Assembly: GCA_002269645.1 (NCBI GenBank)
Contig: NIVC01002181.1
Span: 1 to 46,006 of the forward strand
DNA from: Macrostomum lignano
Taxonomy: Eukaryota
Length of the DNA: 46,006 nucleotides
Reading direction: 5' to 3'
Made by a program: the position numbers and the translations under genes. How positions within the stretch are numbered: the first letter of the stretch is position 1; every line of letters begins with the position of its first letter. This document shows, in pieces, positions 23,001 through 35,100 of the stretch. The notes under the pieces were generated by a model. The model saw only the letters and a program-made list of their open reading frames with translations. It searched no databases and was not told the DNA's origin.

Positions 23001-26000
23001 GACTGTCAGTTGTAGGATGGGGACTGTCGGTTGTGGAATGGGGACTGTCAGCTGTGGGATGGGGACTGTCAGCTGTGGGATGGGGACTGTCAGTTGTAGG
23101 ATGGGGACTGTCGGTTGTGGAATGGGGACTGTCAGCTGTGGGATGGGGACTGTCAGCTGTGGGATGGGGACTGTCAGTTGTAGGATGGGGACTGTCGGTT
23201 GTGGAATGGGGACTGTCAGTTGTAGGATGGGGACTGTCGGTTGTGGAATGGGGACTGTCAGCTGTGGGATGGGGACTGTCAGTTGTAGGATGGGGACTGT
23301 CGGTTGTGGAATGGGGACTGTCAGTTGTAGGATGGGGACTGTCGGTTGTGGAATGGGGACTGTCAGCTGTGGGATGGGGACTGTCAGTTGTAGGATGGGG
23401 ACTGTCGGTTGTGGAATGGGGACTGTCAGCTGTGGGATGGGGACTGTCAGTTGTAGGATGGGGACTGTCGGTTGTGGAATGGGGACTGTCAGCTGTGGGA
23501 TGGGGACTGTCAGTTGTAGGATGGGGACTGTCGGTTGTGGAATGGGGACTGTCAGTTGTAGGATGGGGACTGTCAGTTGTGGAATGGGGACTGTCAGCTG
23601 TGGGATGGGGACTGTCAGCTGTAGGATGGGGACTGTCAGTTGTGGATGGGGACTGTCAGCTGTGGAATGGGGACTGTCAGTTGTAGGATGGGGACTGTCG
23701 GTTGTGGAATGGGGACTGTCAGCTGTAGGATGGGGACTGTCAGTTGTAGGATGGGGACTGTCAGCTGTGGAATGGGGACTGTCAGTTGTAGGATGGGGAC
23801 TGTCGGTTGTGGAATGGGGACTGTCAGCTGTGGGATGGGGACTGTCAGTTGTAGGATGGGGACTGTCGGTTGTGGAATGGGGACTGTCAGCTGTGGGATG
23901 GGGACTGTCAGTTGTAGGATGGGGACTGTCGGTTGTGGAATGGGGACTGTCAGCTGTGGGATGGGGACTGTCAGTTGTAGGATGGGGACTGTCGGTTGTG
24001 GAATGGGGACTGTCAGCTGTGGGATGGGGACTGTCAGTTGTAGGATGGGGACTGTCGGTTGTGGAATGGGACTGTCAGCTGTGGGATGGGGACTGTCAGT
24101 TGTAGGATGGGGACTGTCGGTTGTGGAATGGGGACTGTCAGCTGTGGGATGGGGACTGTCAGTTGTAGGATGGGGACTGTCAGCTGTGGGATGGGGACTG
24201 TCAGTTGTAGGATGGGGACTGTCGGTTGTGGAATGGGGACTGTCAGCTGTGGGATGGGGACTGTCAGTTGTAGGATGGGGACTGTCGGTTGTGGAATGGG
24301 GACTGTCAGCTGTGGGATGGGGACTGTCAGTTGTAGGATGGGGACTGTCGGTTGTGGAATGGGGACTGTCAGCTGTGGGATGGGGACTGTCAGTTGTAGG
24401 ATGGGGACTGTCGGTTGTGGAATGGGGACTGTCAGCTGTGGGATGGGGACTGTCAGTTGTAGGATGGGGACTGTCGTTGTGGAATGGGGACTGTCAGCTG
24501 TGGGATGGGGACTGTCAGTTGTAGGATGGGGACTGTCGGTTGTGGAATGGGGACTGTCAGCTGTGGGATGGGGACTGTCAGTTGTAGGATGGGGACTGTC
24601 GGTTGTGGAATGGGGACTGTCAGCTGTGGGATGGGGACTGTCAGTTGTAGGATGGGGACTGTCGGTTGTGGAATGGGGACTGTCAGCTGTGGGATGGGGA
24701 CTGTCAGTTGTAGGATGGGGACTGTCGGTTGTGGAATGGGGACTGTCAGCTGTGGGATGGGGACTGTCAGCTGTAGGATGGGGACTGTCAGTTGTAGGAT
24801 GGGGACTGTCGGTTGTGGAATGGGGACTGTCAGCTGTGGGATGGGGACTGTCAGCTGTGGGATGGGGACTGTCAGTTGTAGGATGGGGACTGTCGGTTGT
24901 GGAATGGGGACTGTCAGTTGTAGGATGGGGACTGTCGGTTGTGGAATGGGGACTGTCAGCTGTGGGATGGGGACTGTCAGTTGTAGGATGGGGACTGTCG
25001 GTTGTGGAATGGGGACTGTCAGTTGTAGGATGGGGACTGTCGGTTGTGGAATGGGGACTGTCAGCTGTGGGATGGGGACTGTCAGTTGTAGGATGGGGAC
25101 TGTCGGTTGTGGAATGGGGACTGTCAGCTGTGGGATGGGGACTGTCAGTTGTAGGATGGGGACTGTCGGTTGTGGAATGGGGACTGTCAGCTGTGGGATG
25201 GGGACTGTCAGTTGTAGGATGGGGACTGTCGGTTGTGGAATGGGGACTGTCAGTTGTAGGATGGGGACTGTCGGTTGTGGAATGGGGACTGTCAGCTGTG
25301 GGATGGGGACTGTCAGCTGTGGGATGGGGACTGTCAGTTGTAGGATGGGGACTGTCGGTTGTGGAATGGGGACTGTCAGTTGTAGGATGGGGACTGTCGG
25401 TTGTGGAATGGGGACTGTCAGCTGTGGGATGGGGACTGTCAGTTGTAGGATGGGGACTGTCGGTTGTGGAATGGGGACTGTCAGTTGTAGGATGGGGACT
25501 GTCGGTTGTGGAATGGGGACTGTCAGCTGTGGGATGGGGACTGTCAGTTGTAGGATGGGGACTGTCGGTTGTGGAATGGGGACTGTCAGTTGTAGGATGG
25601 GGACTGTCGGTTGTGGAATGGGGACTGTCAGCTGTGGGATGGGGACTGTCAGTTGTAGGATGGGGACTGTCGGTTGTGGAATGGGGACTGTCAGCTGTGG
25701 GATGGGGACTGTCAGTTGTAGGATGGGGACTGTCGGTTGTGGAATGGGGACTGTCAGCTGTGGGATGGGGACTGTCAGTTGTAGGATGGGGACTGTCGGT
25801 TGTGGAATGGGGACTGTCAGCTGTGGGATGGGGACTGTCAGTTGTAGGATGGGGACTGTCGGTTGTGGAATGGGGACTGTCAGCTGTGGGATGGGGACTG
25901 TCAGTTGTAGGATGGGGACTGTCGGTTGTGGAATGGGGACTGTCAGTTGTAGGATGGGGACTGTCGGTTGTGGAATGGGGACTGTCAGCTGTGGATGGGG

Positions 26001-29000
26001 ACTGTCAGTTGTAGGATGGGGACTGTCGGTTGTGGAATGGGGACTGTCAGCTGTGGAATGGGGACTGTCAGTTGTAGGATGGGGACTGTCGGTTGTGGAA
26101 TGGGGACTGTCAGCTGTGGGATGGGGACTGTCAGTTGTAGGATGGGGACTGTCGGTTGTGGAATGGGGACTGTCAGCTGTGGGATGGGGACTGTCAGTTG
26201 TAGGATGGGGACTGTCGGTTGTGGAATGGGGACTGTCAGCTGTGGGATGGGGACTGTCAGTTGTAGGATGGGGACTGTCGGTTGTGGAATGGGGACTGTC
26301 AGCTGTGGGATGGGGACTGTCAGTTGTAGGATGGGGACTGTCGGTTGTGGAATGGGGACTGTCAGCTGTGGGATGGGGACTGTCAGTTGTGGGATGGGGA
26401 CTGTCAGTTGTAGGATGGGGACTGTCGGTTGTGGAATGGGGACTGTCAGCTGTGGGATGGGGACTGTCAGTTGTAGGATGGGGACTGTCGGTTGTGGAAT
26501 GGGGACTGTCAGCTGTGGGATGGGGACTGTCAGTTGTAGGATGGGGACTGTCGGTTGTGGAATGGGGACTGTCAGCTGTGGGATGGGGACTGTCAGTTGT
26601 AGGATGGGGACTGTCGGTTGTGGAATGGGGACTGTCAGCTGTGGGATGGGGACTGTCAGTTGTAGGATGGGGACTGTCGGTTGTGGAATGGGGACTGTCA
26701 GCTGTGGAATGGGGACTGTCAGTTGTAGGATGGGGACTGTCGGTTGTGGAATGGGGACTGTCAGCTGTGGGATGGGGACTGTCAGTTGTAGGATGGGGAC
26801 TGTCGGTTGTGGAATGGGGACTGTCAGCTGTGGGATGGGGACTGTCAGTTGTAGGATGGGGACTGTCGGTTGTGGAATGGGGACTGTCAGCTGTGGGATG
26901 GGGACTGTCAGTTGTAGGATGGGGACTGTCGGTTGTGGAATGGGGACTGTCAGCTGTGGGATGGGGACTGTCAGCTGTGGGATGGGGACTGTCAGTTGTA
27001 GGATGGGGACTGTCAGTTGTAGGATGGGGACTGTCGGTTGTGGAATGGGGACTGTCAGCTGTGGGATGGGGACTGTCAGTTGTAGGATGGGGACTGTCGG
27101 TTGTGGAATGGGGACTGTCAGCTGTGGGATGGGGACTGTCAGTTGTAGGATGGGGACTGTCGGTTGTGGAATGGGGACTGTCAGCTGTGGGATGGGGACT
27201 GTCAGTTGTAGGATGGGGACTGTCGGTTGTGGAATGGGGACTGTCAGCTGTGGGATGGGGACTGTCAGTTGTAGGATGGGGACTGTCGGTTGTGGAATGG
27301 GGACTGTCAGTTGTAGGATGGGGACTGTCGGTTGTGGAATGGGGACTGTCAGCTGTGGGATGGGGACTGTCAGTTGTAGGATGGGGACTGTCGGTTGTGG
27401 AATGGGGACTGTCAGCTGTGGGATGGGGACTGTCAGTTGTAGGATGGGGACTGTCGGTTGTGGAATGGGGACTGTCAGCTGTGGGATGGGGACTGTCAGT
27501 TGTAGGATGGGGACTGTCGGTTGTGGAATGGGGACTGTCAGCTGTGGGATGGGGACTGTCAGTTGTAGGATGGGGACTGTCGGTTGTGGAATGGGGACTG
27601 TCAGCTGTGGGATGGGGACTGTCAGTTGTAGGATGGGGACTGTCGGTTGTGGAATGGGGACTGTCAGCTGTGGGATGGGGACTGTCAGTTGTAGGATGGG
27701 GACTGTCGGTTGTGGAATGGGGACTGTCAGCTGTGGAATGGGGACTGTCAGTTGTAGGATGGGGACTGTCGGTTGTGGAATGGGGACTTCAGCTGTGGGA
27801 TGGGGACTGTCAGTTGTAGGATGGGGACTGTCGGTTGTGGAATGGGGACTGTCAGCTGTGGGATGGGGACTGTCAGTTGTAGGATGGGGACTGTCGGTTG
27901 TGGAATGGGGACTGTCAGCTGTGGGATGGGGACTGTCAGTTGTAGGATGGGGACTGTCGGTTGTGGAATGGGGACTGTCAGCTGTGGGATGGGGACTGTC
28001 AGTTGTAGGATGGGGACTGTCGGTTGTGGAATGGGGACTGTCAGCTGTGGAATGGGGACTGTCAGTTGTAGGATGGGGACTGTCGGTTGTGGAATGGGGA
28101 CTGTCAGCTGTGGGATGGGGACTGTCAGTTGTAGGATGGGGACTGTCGGTTGTGGAATGGGGACTGTCAGCTGTGGGATGGGGACTGTCAGTTGTAGGAT
28201 GGGGACTGTCGGTTGTGGAATGGGGACTGTCAGCTGTGGGATGGGGACTGTCAGTTGTAGGATGGGGACTGTCGGTTGTGGAATGGGGACTGTCAGCTGT
28301 GGGATGGGGACTGTCAGTTGTAGGATGGGGACTGTCGGTTGTGGAATGGGGACTGTCAGCTGTGGAATGGGGACTGTCAGTTGTGGAATGGGGACTGTCA
28401 GCTCTGGAATGGGGACTGTCAGCTGTGGGATGGGACTGTCAGCTCTGGAATGGGGACTGTCAGTTGTGGAATTGGGACTGTCAGCTGTGGGATGGGGACT
28501 GTCAGCTCTGGAATGGGGACTGTCAGCTGTGGAATTGGGACTGTCAGTTGTGGGATGGGGACTGTCAGTTGTGGAATTGGGACTGTCAGTTGTGGGATGA
28601 GGACTGTCAGTTGTGGAATGGGGACTGTCAGTTGTGGAATTGGGACTGTCAGTTGTGGGATGGGGACTGTCAGTTGTGGAATTGGGACTGTCAGTTGTGG
28701 GATGAGGACTGTCAGTTGTGGAATGGGGACTGTCAGTTGTGGAATTGGGACTGTCAGTTGTGGGATGAGGACTGTCAGTTGTGGAATTGGGACTGTCAGT
28801 TGTGGAATTGGGACTGTCAGTTGTGGAATGGGAACTATCAGTTGTGGAATGGGGGCTGTCAGTTGTGGAATTGGGACTGTCAGTTGTGGAATGGGGACTG
28901 TCAGTTGTGGAATTGGGACTGTCAGTTTTGAGATGCGGACCCACACTCACCGAGAATCTGCTCCGGCAGCCGGCCGTACTTGTCCAAAGACCCGCCATCC

Positions 29001-31046
29001 ATCCAGTCTGTGCACACGTGAATGGTGTTTTCCACAAAGAAAGCGCCCAGATAGGCGATAATGTAAGGCGATGAGCAGTTGGCTAGAATCTCCAGCTCAA
29101 TCTGGATTCTGGAGTGGAAGGCCTCGTCCATCTCAAGGTCGATGCACTTGATGGCCACAGGCTTGCCGCTGGATAACTGCACCGCCCGATAGACAATGCC
29201 GAACTGGCCCCGCCCGATCACCTGGCCGTAGGCGAATTGCTTCGGCGACAGGGCCACGTTGCCGCCCGGCGCGCCAGTTGCCGCTTCACAGCTGCCAGAC
29301 TGAAGGGATGGCAAAGGGCAGTGCGGAGCGAAGGCTAAAGCCAGGATTTGTTGCCCATTAATTATACAAAGGTTCCATTTATAAAACCTGCTAATCGTGT
29401 ACCTGTGTACATACAGGAAGCTTATTTAGCAAAGTGACCCTATCAATATCTCTAACAATCATGTACTTTCGCTTATTCACTATTAGCATTGTATTGTTGC
29501 AGTCTATGATAGGAGAATCTAAGAGTGCTTCCTATAGCTTGTTCTAACTTGAAAATGAGAATCTAAGAGCGCTTCCTACAGCTTGTTTTAACTTGAAAAT
29601 GAGAATCTAACAGCGCTTTCTACAGCTTGTTTTAACTTGAAAATGAGAATCTAAGAGCGCTTCCTATAGCTTGTTATAACTTGAAAATGAGAATCTAAGA
29701 GCGCTTCCTACAGCTTGTTTTAACTAGAAAATGAGAATCTAAGAGCGCTTCCTACAGCTTGTTTTAACTAGAAAATGAGAGTCTAAGAGCGCTTCCTACA
29801 GCTTGTTTTAACTAGAAAATGAGAGTCTAAGAGCGCTTCCTACAGCTTGTTTTAACTTGAAAATGAGAATCTAAGAGTGCTTCCTATAGCTTGTTCTAAC
29901 TTGAAAATGAGAATCTAAGAGCGCTTCCTACAGCTTATTTTAACTAGAAAAAGCCAGCCGCACCTGCATCGGAGACAGTTGCGTTGAAAACGGCGGAGTT
30001 GGCGGAGACAGGGAGCTCGGCGCCCCAGAGATCCACTGAGCTGGTAGCGGAGTCTGGGTTGGCTGCGGCGGCGCCTGCTGTTGAACAGATACACAACCCT
30101 GCTGGCTGCAGTGGAACCGCACCACCTGGTTGTACTCAATCAGCTGATGAAGATCGTTATTGTCCCGTACAGTCACCAAATCGCCGTCCTCGTCTTCGCA
30201 CCTTGATTAGAGGGGGTAGCAATGTGAAGTTTTGTCAATAAGACTGCATGTTGAGAGAGTTCAGCACACGATATTTTTTTACCCAGCGAGCTAAAAGGAT
30301 GTACTGGATTTTTTCTATTATAGTCATAAAAACCTAACCTGATAAGACCCTACTAAATATAGATTTTTTCAAGGCTGTGCCACAACTACAACCATCAGCC
30401 ACAACCAGCGCCCATTTCACTCACTCCTGAGTTACATAAAAGCGCTCCAATACTGTACGCAGGCACGCACTAATGCACACGCTCAATGGGTAGGTGTGCA
30501 ACCGACAGCTCAGCCGCAGCTATTGCGAGGCACATCTAAAGGCTGCGTACGGCTGTTCAGTCCAAGGACTGGGGGTCGCCACACCCTCAATTACCCCAGC
30601 TAATGCTGGCACCCATTTTACAGCTGGGTGAACTGATCAAGCAATGCAGAGTTAAGTGTCTTGCTTAACGACACAAACTGTTTTTGTGGGACCGGGAATC
30701 GAACCCCCGACCTTCAAGTCGTGAGCCCGACGCTACAACCACTAGGCCATGGAGGGCACGCACTCACGCACACGCTCACACAGGGTGTACAGCGGCCCCA
30801 ACTTTCTAATCAACAGGCATGTACGTTCCCTGTGCCTTGAAGGGTTGGTCCTCATGGTTGTGAACCTTGGGTCGTGGCGCCTATCTGGACATTGCAAAAA
30901 ACACCATCTCTGATGTACCTGAAATAGTCGCTGAGCTGTACACCAGCAGTGGCTGACAACTGTGCCAGCAGCTGGCTCAGCTGGGCAGCCGGTTCAACCA
31001 GCAACGAGCTGGTCTCGGCGCTGGCGCCGAATATCTGGATCCTCAT
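20073..31046 (-). CDS. MAP2K5: Dual-specificity MAP kinase kinase 5 (PB1 + kinase); exons 31046-30919, 30201-29964, 29299-28951, 22041-21636, 20226-20073 (~424 aa)
   Basis: PB1 acidic motif EDEDGDLVTVRDNNDL; kinase GRGQFG, VAIK, MDGGSLD, HRDVK, DFG; activation loop SSIALSYCGT; YMSPERI. The PB1 plus MAP2K architecture is diagnostic of MEK5. All introns are GT-AG with consistent phases. Confidence 0.92.
20331..21045. repeat. 31-bp minisatellite, ~23 copies (MAP2K5 intron 4)
   Basis: Unit CCTCAGGACCAGATGGGAATGGCCAGTTTCA. Confidence 0.93.
21041..21547. repeat. 30-bp minisatellite, ~17 copies (MAP2K5 intron 4), related to the adjacent 31-mer
   Basis: Unit CCTGAGGACCAAGGCGGGAGTGGCACTTCC(C). Confidence 0.93.
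22092..28928. repeat. ~6.8-kb satellite of a 21-bp unit with a 63-bp three-variant higher-order period (MAP2K5 intron 3)
   Basis: Variants GGAATGGGGACTGTCAGCTGT / GGGATGGGGACTGTCAGTTGT / AGGATGGGGACTGTCGGTTGT cycle through the core; the ends are more degenerate. Confidence 0.97.
29513..29950. repeat. 44-bp minisatellite, ~10 copies (MAP2K5 intron 2)
   Basis: Unit GAGAATCTAAGAGCGCTTCCTACAGCTTGTTTTAACTTGAAAAT. Confidence 0.92.
30405..30860. repeat. Family A interspersed repeat split by a SINE insertion (MAP2K5 intron 1)
   Basis: Left part resembles 34540-34625 and the right part resembles 8340-8440; the SINE lies between them. Confidence 0.7.
30486..30747 (-). mobile_element. tRNA-derived CORE-like SINE (copy 3, head slightly truncated)
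   Basis: Same body as the other copies; flanked by imperfect 24-bp direct repeats at 30462-30485 and 30755-30778. Confidence 0.85.
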
Positions 31047-32112
31047 GCACGCGAGCCACAGCCGGCAGCCTGCAATGTCCGGGATTCACGCTAAATTAGC
31101 ATTGCACACTAATAAACAGCCCTAAGGCAATCTACTACCCTATAAAAATTACCCCCCTGCTCCATTAACCTGTTCCCACGAGCTAATCCCCGCACTAGAC
31201 AACCTATATCGCACCTGCATTGAGTCAAAAAGGAAGCAAATGTCAAACAACAGTACAATTGCTAAAGTTGCAGCATCATATGCAGAATGCTCGTATATAT
31301 TTACAACAAAATAAATCTATACAATAACTACATAGTTACAGCCAGAGTTAAAGTCAAGCTTCAATTGGAAAAGCCAGGACAAAACTACTATAGCTAGTTT
31401 ATTGTAGCAAAAATAATTCAAACAGATCATAACTGAGATTCACAAGTTCAACTTTTTTAAGCAATAACAGTTAATCAATACACAGCAAGGATTTGATACA
31501 CATATCTTTCTTCAGACAAAAAAGTACCATACTAATGAAAGGAGCCTCACAGAGACGTGAATGAGTCAAGAAAGCACTAGCAATGTTAATTGAATAGCAT
31601 AGCAACATAAAATTAAAGTACTTATGTACATACACATACACACAAACACCGAGGCAGATCTACAAGCCTTAGCTTACGAAGGAGCATTCTACTGTAACTG
31701 TAAATTTTGATTTGACAAACTTATCCACTTAAAACCAAAACTTTTTAACCAGAAATTTTTCTCATATGTACAGCACACAACTCAGCGGATCTCAGACTGC
31801 GTTGCGTTTCTATCAATCAATGATCAAATTTAGAATAATAATATAATAATAGATGCTGCTGTTATTCTTCAGTGCTGCACTCCTTGCTTTTTCATGTTAC
31901 GTTGTGAAGATGTAGTTTAAACTGAAGTTGTATGCTGCCCATATGTTTACCCTACACTTTTCGTTACTTTTGAAACACTATTTTGATTAAAAGCAATCAA
32001 ACCAATTAATATTGTGGCGAATTCGAAAATACTGTGTTGATCACAAATAATCGCCTGATACGTTAGTAAATATTAATATACATTATTAGTAAAGAATTTC
32101 TTGCGCGCACTA

Positions 32113-35100
32113 CTACTGCAAGCAGAAAATGATCTCAGGAATTTGCCCATCCTCCACAGATGTACCATTGTTATTGCCGGCAGCGTAGCAGAACTGGAAA
32201 GTCACCTTGCCGTGACTTGGCGAGTCGTGAGTTATCTTACGCGCTCCCTTAGTGCCGTAGTAACTGTCCGGCCCCTTCAGCGTGGCGCACGCCATGTAGT
32301 TGACATTTTCAAGCACCTCTACTGGCTCTTTGAAGCAAACGCGAAATGTACTATTGGAACCGTCGCATTGGAAAGCGGTGTCATTTGAGCCGAGCAGGCG
32401 GCCACTGTCCGTGTGTATTATCTCAACCTGTTCATGTGTGTGTGGGCGTTGTGTACGGCTATACATTCAGATAAGCCTGTCATCTCGGTCTACCGCCCTT
32501 GCGTATCGCAATATTGTAACTCAACTGCCTTACAGAACAACATCGATTAAGCACGTGTATATTTTAAAATATTTACTCAGCGTCCTGCGGTCCAAGGCTG
32601 GTCATCACCCCAAGCTTATACAGTTCCTGGCTAGTCATCAGCCCAAGCTTATACAGTTCCTGGCTAGTCATCAGCCCAAGCTTATACAGTTCATGGCTAG
32701 TCATCAGCCCAAGCTTATACAGTTTCTGGCTAGTCATCAGCCCAAGCTTATACAGTTCATGGCTAGTCATCAGCCCAAGCTTATACAGTTCCTGGCTAGT
32801 CATCAGCCCAAGCTTATACAGTTCATGGCTAGTCATCAGCCCAAGCTTATACAGTTCCTGGCTAGTCATCAGCCCAAGCTTATACAGTTCATGGCTAGTC
32901 ATCAGCCCAAGCTTCAGTTCATGGCTAGTCATCAGCCCAAGCTTATACAGTTCATGGCTAGTCATCAGCCCAAGCTTATACAGTTCATGGCTAGTCATCA
33001 GCCCAAGCTTCAGTTCATGGCTAGTCATCAGCCCAAGCTTATACAGTTCATGGCTAGTCATCAGCCCAAGCTTCAGTTCATGGCTAGTCATCAGCCCAAG
33101 CTTATACAGTTCATGGCTAGTCATCACCCTAAGCTTAGACAGTTCATGGCTGGTCATCACCCCAGGATCCTGCGGTCCATGGCTGGCCATCACCCCAGGA
33201 TCCTGCGGTCCATGGCTGGCCATCACTATCACTATCTATAGCTAGTCATAGAGGACATCCCATCCAATGAGGTCATTACTCCCTAGTCCCTGTCCACAAC
33301 AGTGCTAATCAGTGCACAGCTGCTATTACTACAAAAGCCCAAGCCGCAAATCACCTTGACAGAATAGTCGGCCGGACCGTGGATCGAGCCGTACAGGCCA
33401 AATCCGACCACCAGAATGCGCCGGTTGACGCTGAATCGAACTCGGTCACTGGTGCCGGAGTAGCCCCAGCGCTGCTCTACAGCGCAGAACCGGCTAATCA
33501 CGTGCTCCTTGCCGGCATATGAGCACCTGGGCTGATCATTGAACCCCGTGCAAGGCTTTGGATTGGTGTAATAATACATGAAAACACTGACAGCCTCTTG
33601 GTCTAGTAGGACACGGCTCTGCACCACGCAGTGCGCGAACTCTTCCGGTGACATCAGCGGAAACCGAATGAGGCCCAGCGCGCGGCCGAGCTCTCGTCGG
33701 AGATTTTCAGGCGTACAGGACACGCCCGCCTTGGCTAAGCGGCTCTCTGCCCAGCGCCTGAGATGAGCAGCAGATTTTTTGTTTATCAACTGACTTAGTT
33801 TGTTTAAAGTAGAAACGCTATCAAAACTACAATGTAATAATGATAATAATTATCACAATAGGGTTGTGGACACCCTGACGCAATGCTTCCGGTGAAATCG
33901 CCCCACAGCCACTGACTTCTGAGCACACACAAGCGTGTAAATATTGTACACAGGCACATAAATAATAATAATTGATTGCATCTGCCCTAATGGGCATAAT
34001 CGGTACATATGCTGTAGAAAATTGCCTATGCATAATAAGTACTGTCTGCACAGTGCTTTCTGACTCACCTAGCCGCCATAAACAGGTCGCATTCCTTGAT
34101 GGCGAGGCCATCCCGTTCCAGCACGCAGCACAGAGTCTCAACATCAACATCGGCAAAGGTTTCTGACTGGACAGCCTCGGCCGTATTGCGGTCAATGAGC
34201 TCCAGGCACAGGCTGGCCAGCTGGGGCTCGTCAAACATCCTGGCCTGGCCAAGCAGCAGGAAGGCATTGTCAACAGACAGGTGCCGCTTCAGGTAGTCAA
34301 CGCACTCGCGCTCCAGAGCTGGCACTGCGTATTTCTTGGCCGCGTACAGCGTGGCCATCACGCAGTCCGGGTCGAGGCACACCTGCAACCGATGCAGATT
34401 AAATTATACTAATATGCTGCATACTTGGAAACACAAATATCGATAGTAGTAATAATAATAGTAATAATAATAACTAATAATAGTAATTATGGGGCTCAAT
34501 GACGCAATGCCTTCAGCGAGGTCGTCCCACAATCAGCGCTGAGGCAATTCTGCCCATTCCGCTGACTCCTGAGCACACAAGCGCGCCAATACTGTACGCA
34601 GGACACGCACTCATACACTCGCTCACACAGGGTGTACAGCAGCCCCGACTTGCTTAAATTGCTTTTATAATATAACCTTTTTAGTAACAGACAATGACAA
34701 ACATGCTAAACGTACGGAATAAGACGGAAAGACACTCATTGTCATGCTTTTAGCGTAATCGTTTGCTGACAATAAGTGCAATACCTACTGACTGTAGCAG
34801 CTGTCTGAATAAGTAATATCCCACGAAGTGAATTATTTAGATGAAAGTATAGAAAAAAGACAAGGGGTGTGTTCTCAAATGTGTGTGCGTCGGTGTGCGT
34901 GTGCGTGCTTTGTGAGTGGGTCAGTGTGCGTGGGTGTTGGGTGTGTGCGTGGGTGTTAGGTGTGTGCGTGGGTGTTAGGTGTGTGCGTGGGTGTTGGGTG
35001 TGTGCGTGGGTGTTGGGTGTGTGCGTGGGTGTTGGGTGTGTGCGTGGTTGAGCGTGTGTGGTTTTGCTTTTGTGCGTGGGGTGTGTGCGCTTTTGTGCGT

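Noticed and set aside
22082-29074. Very long ORFs (up to 1111 aa; MGTVSCG, WGLSVVE and TTDSPHS repeats)
   Set aside because: They are by-products of a stop-poor 21-bp satellite lying inside a MAP2K5 intron with canonical splice sites; frames break at random 1-nt slips.
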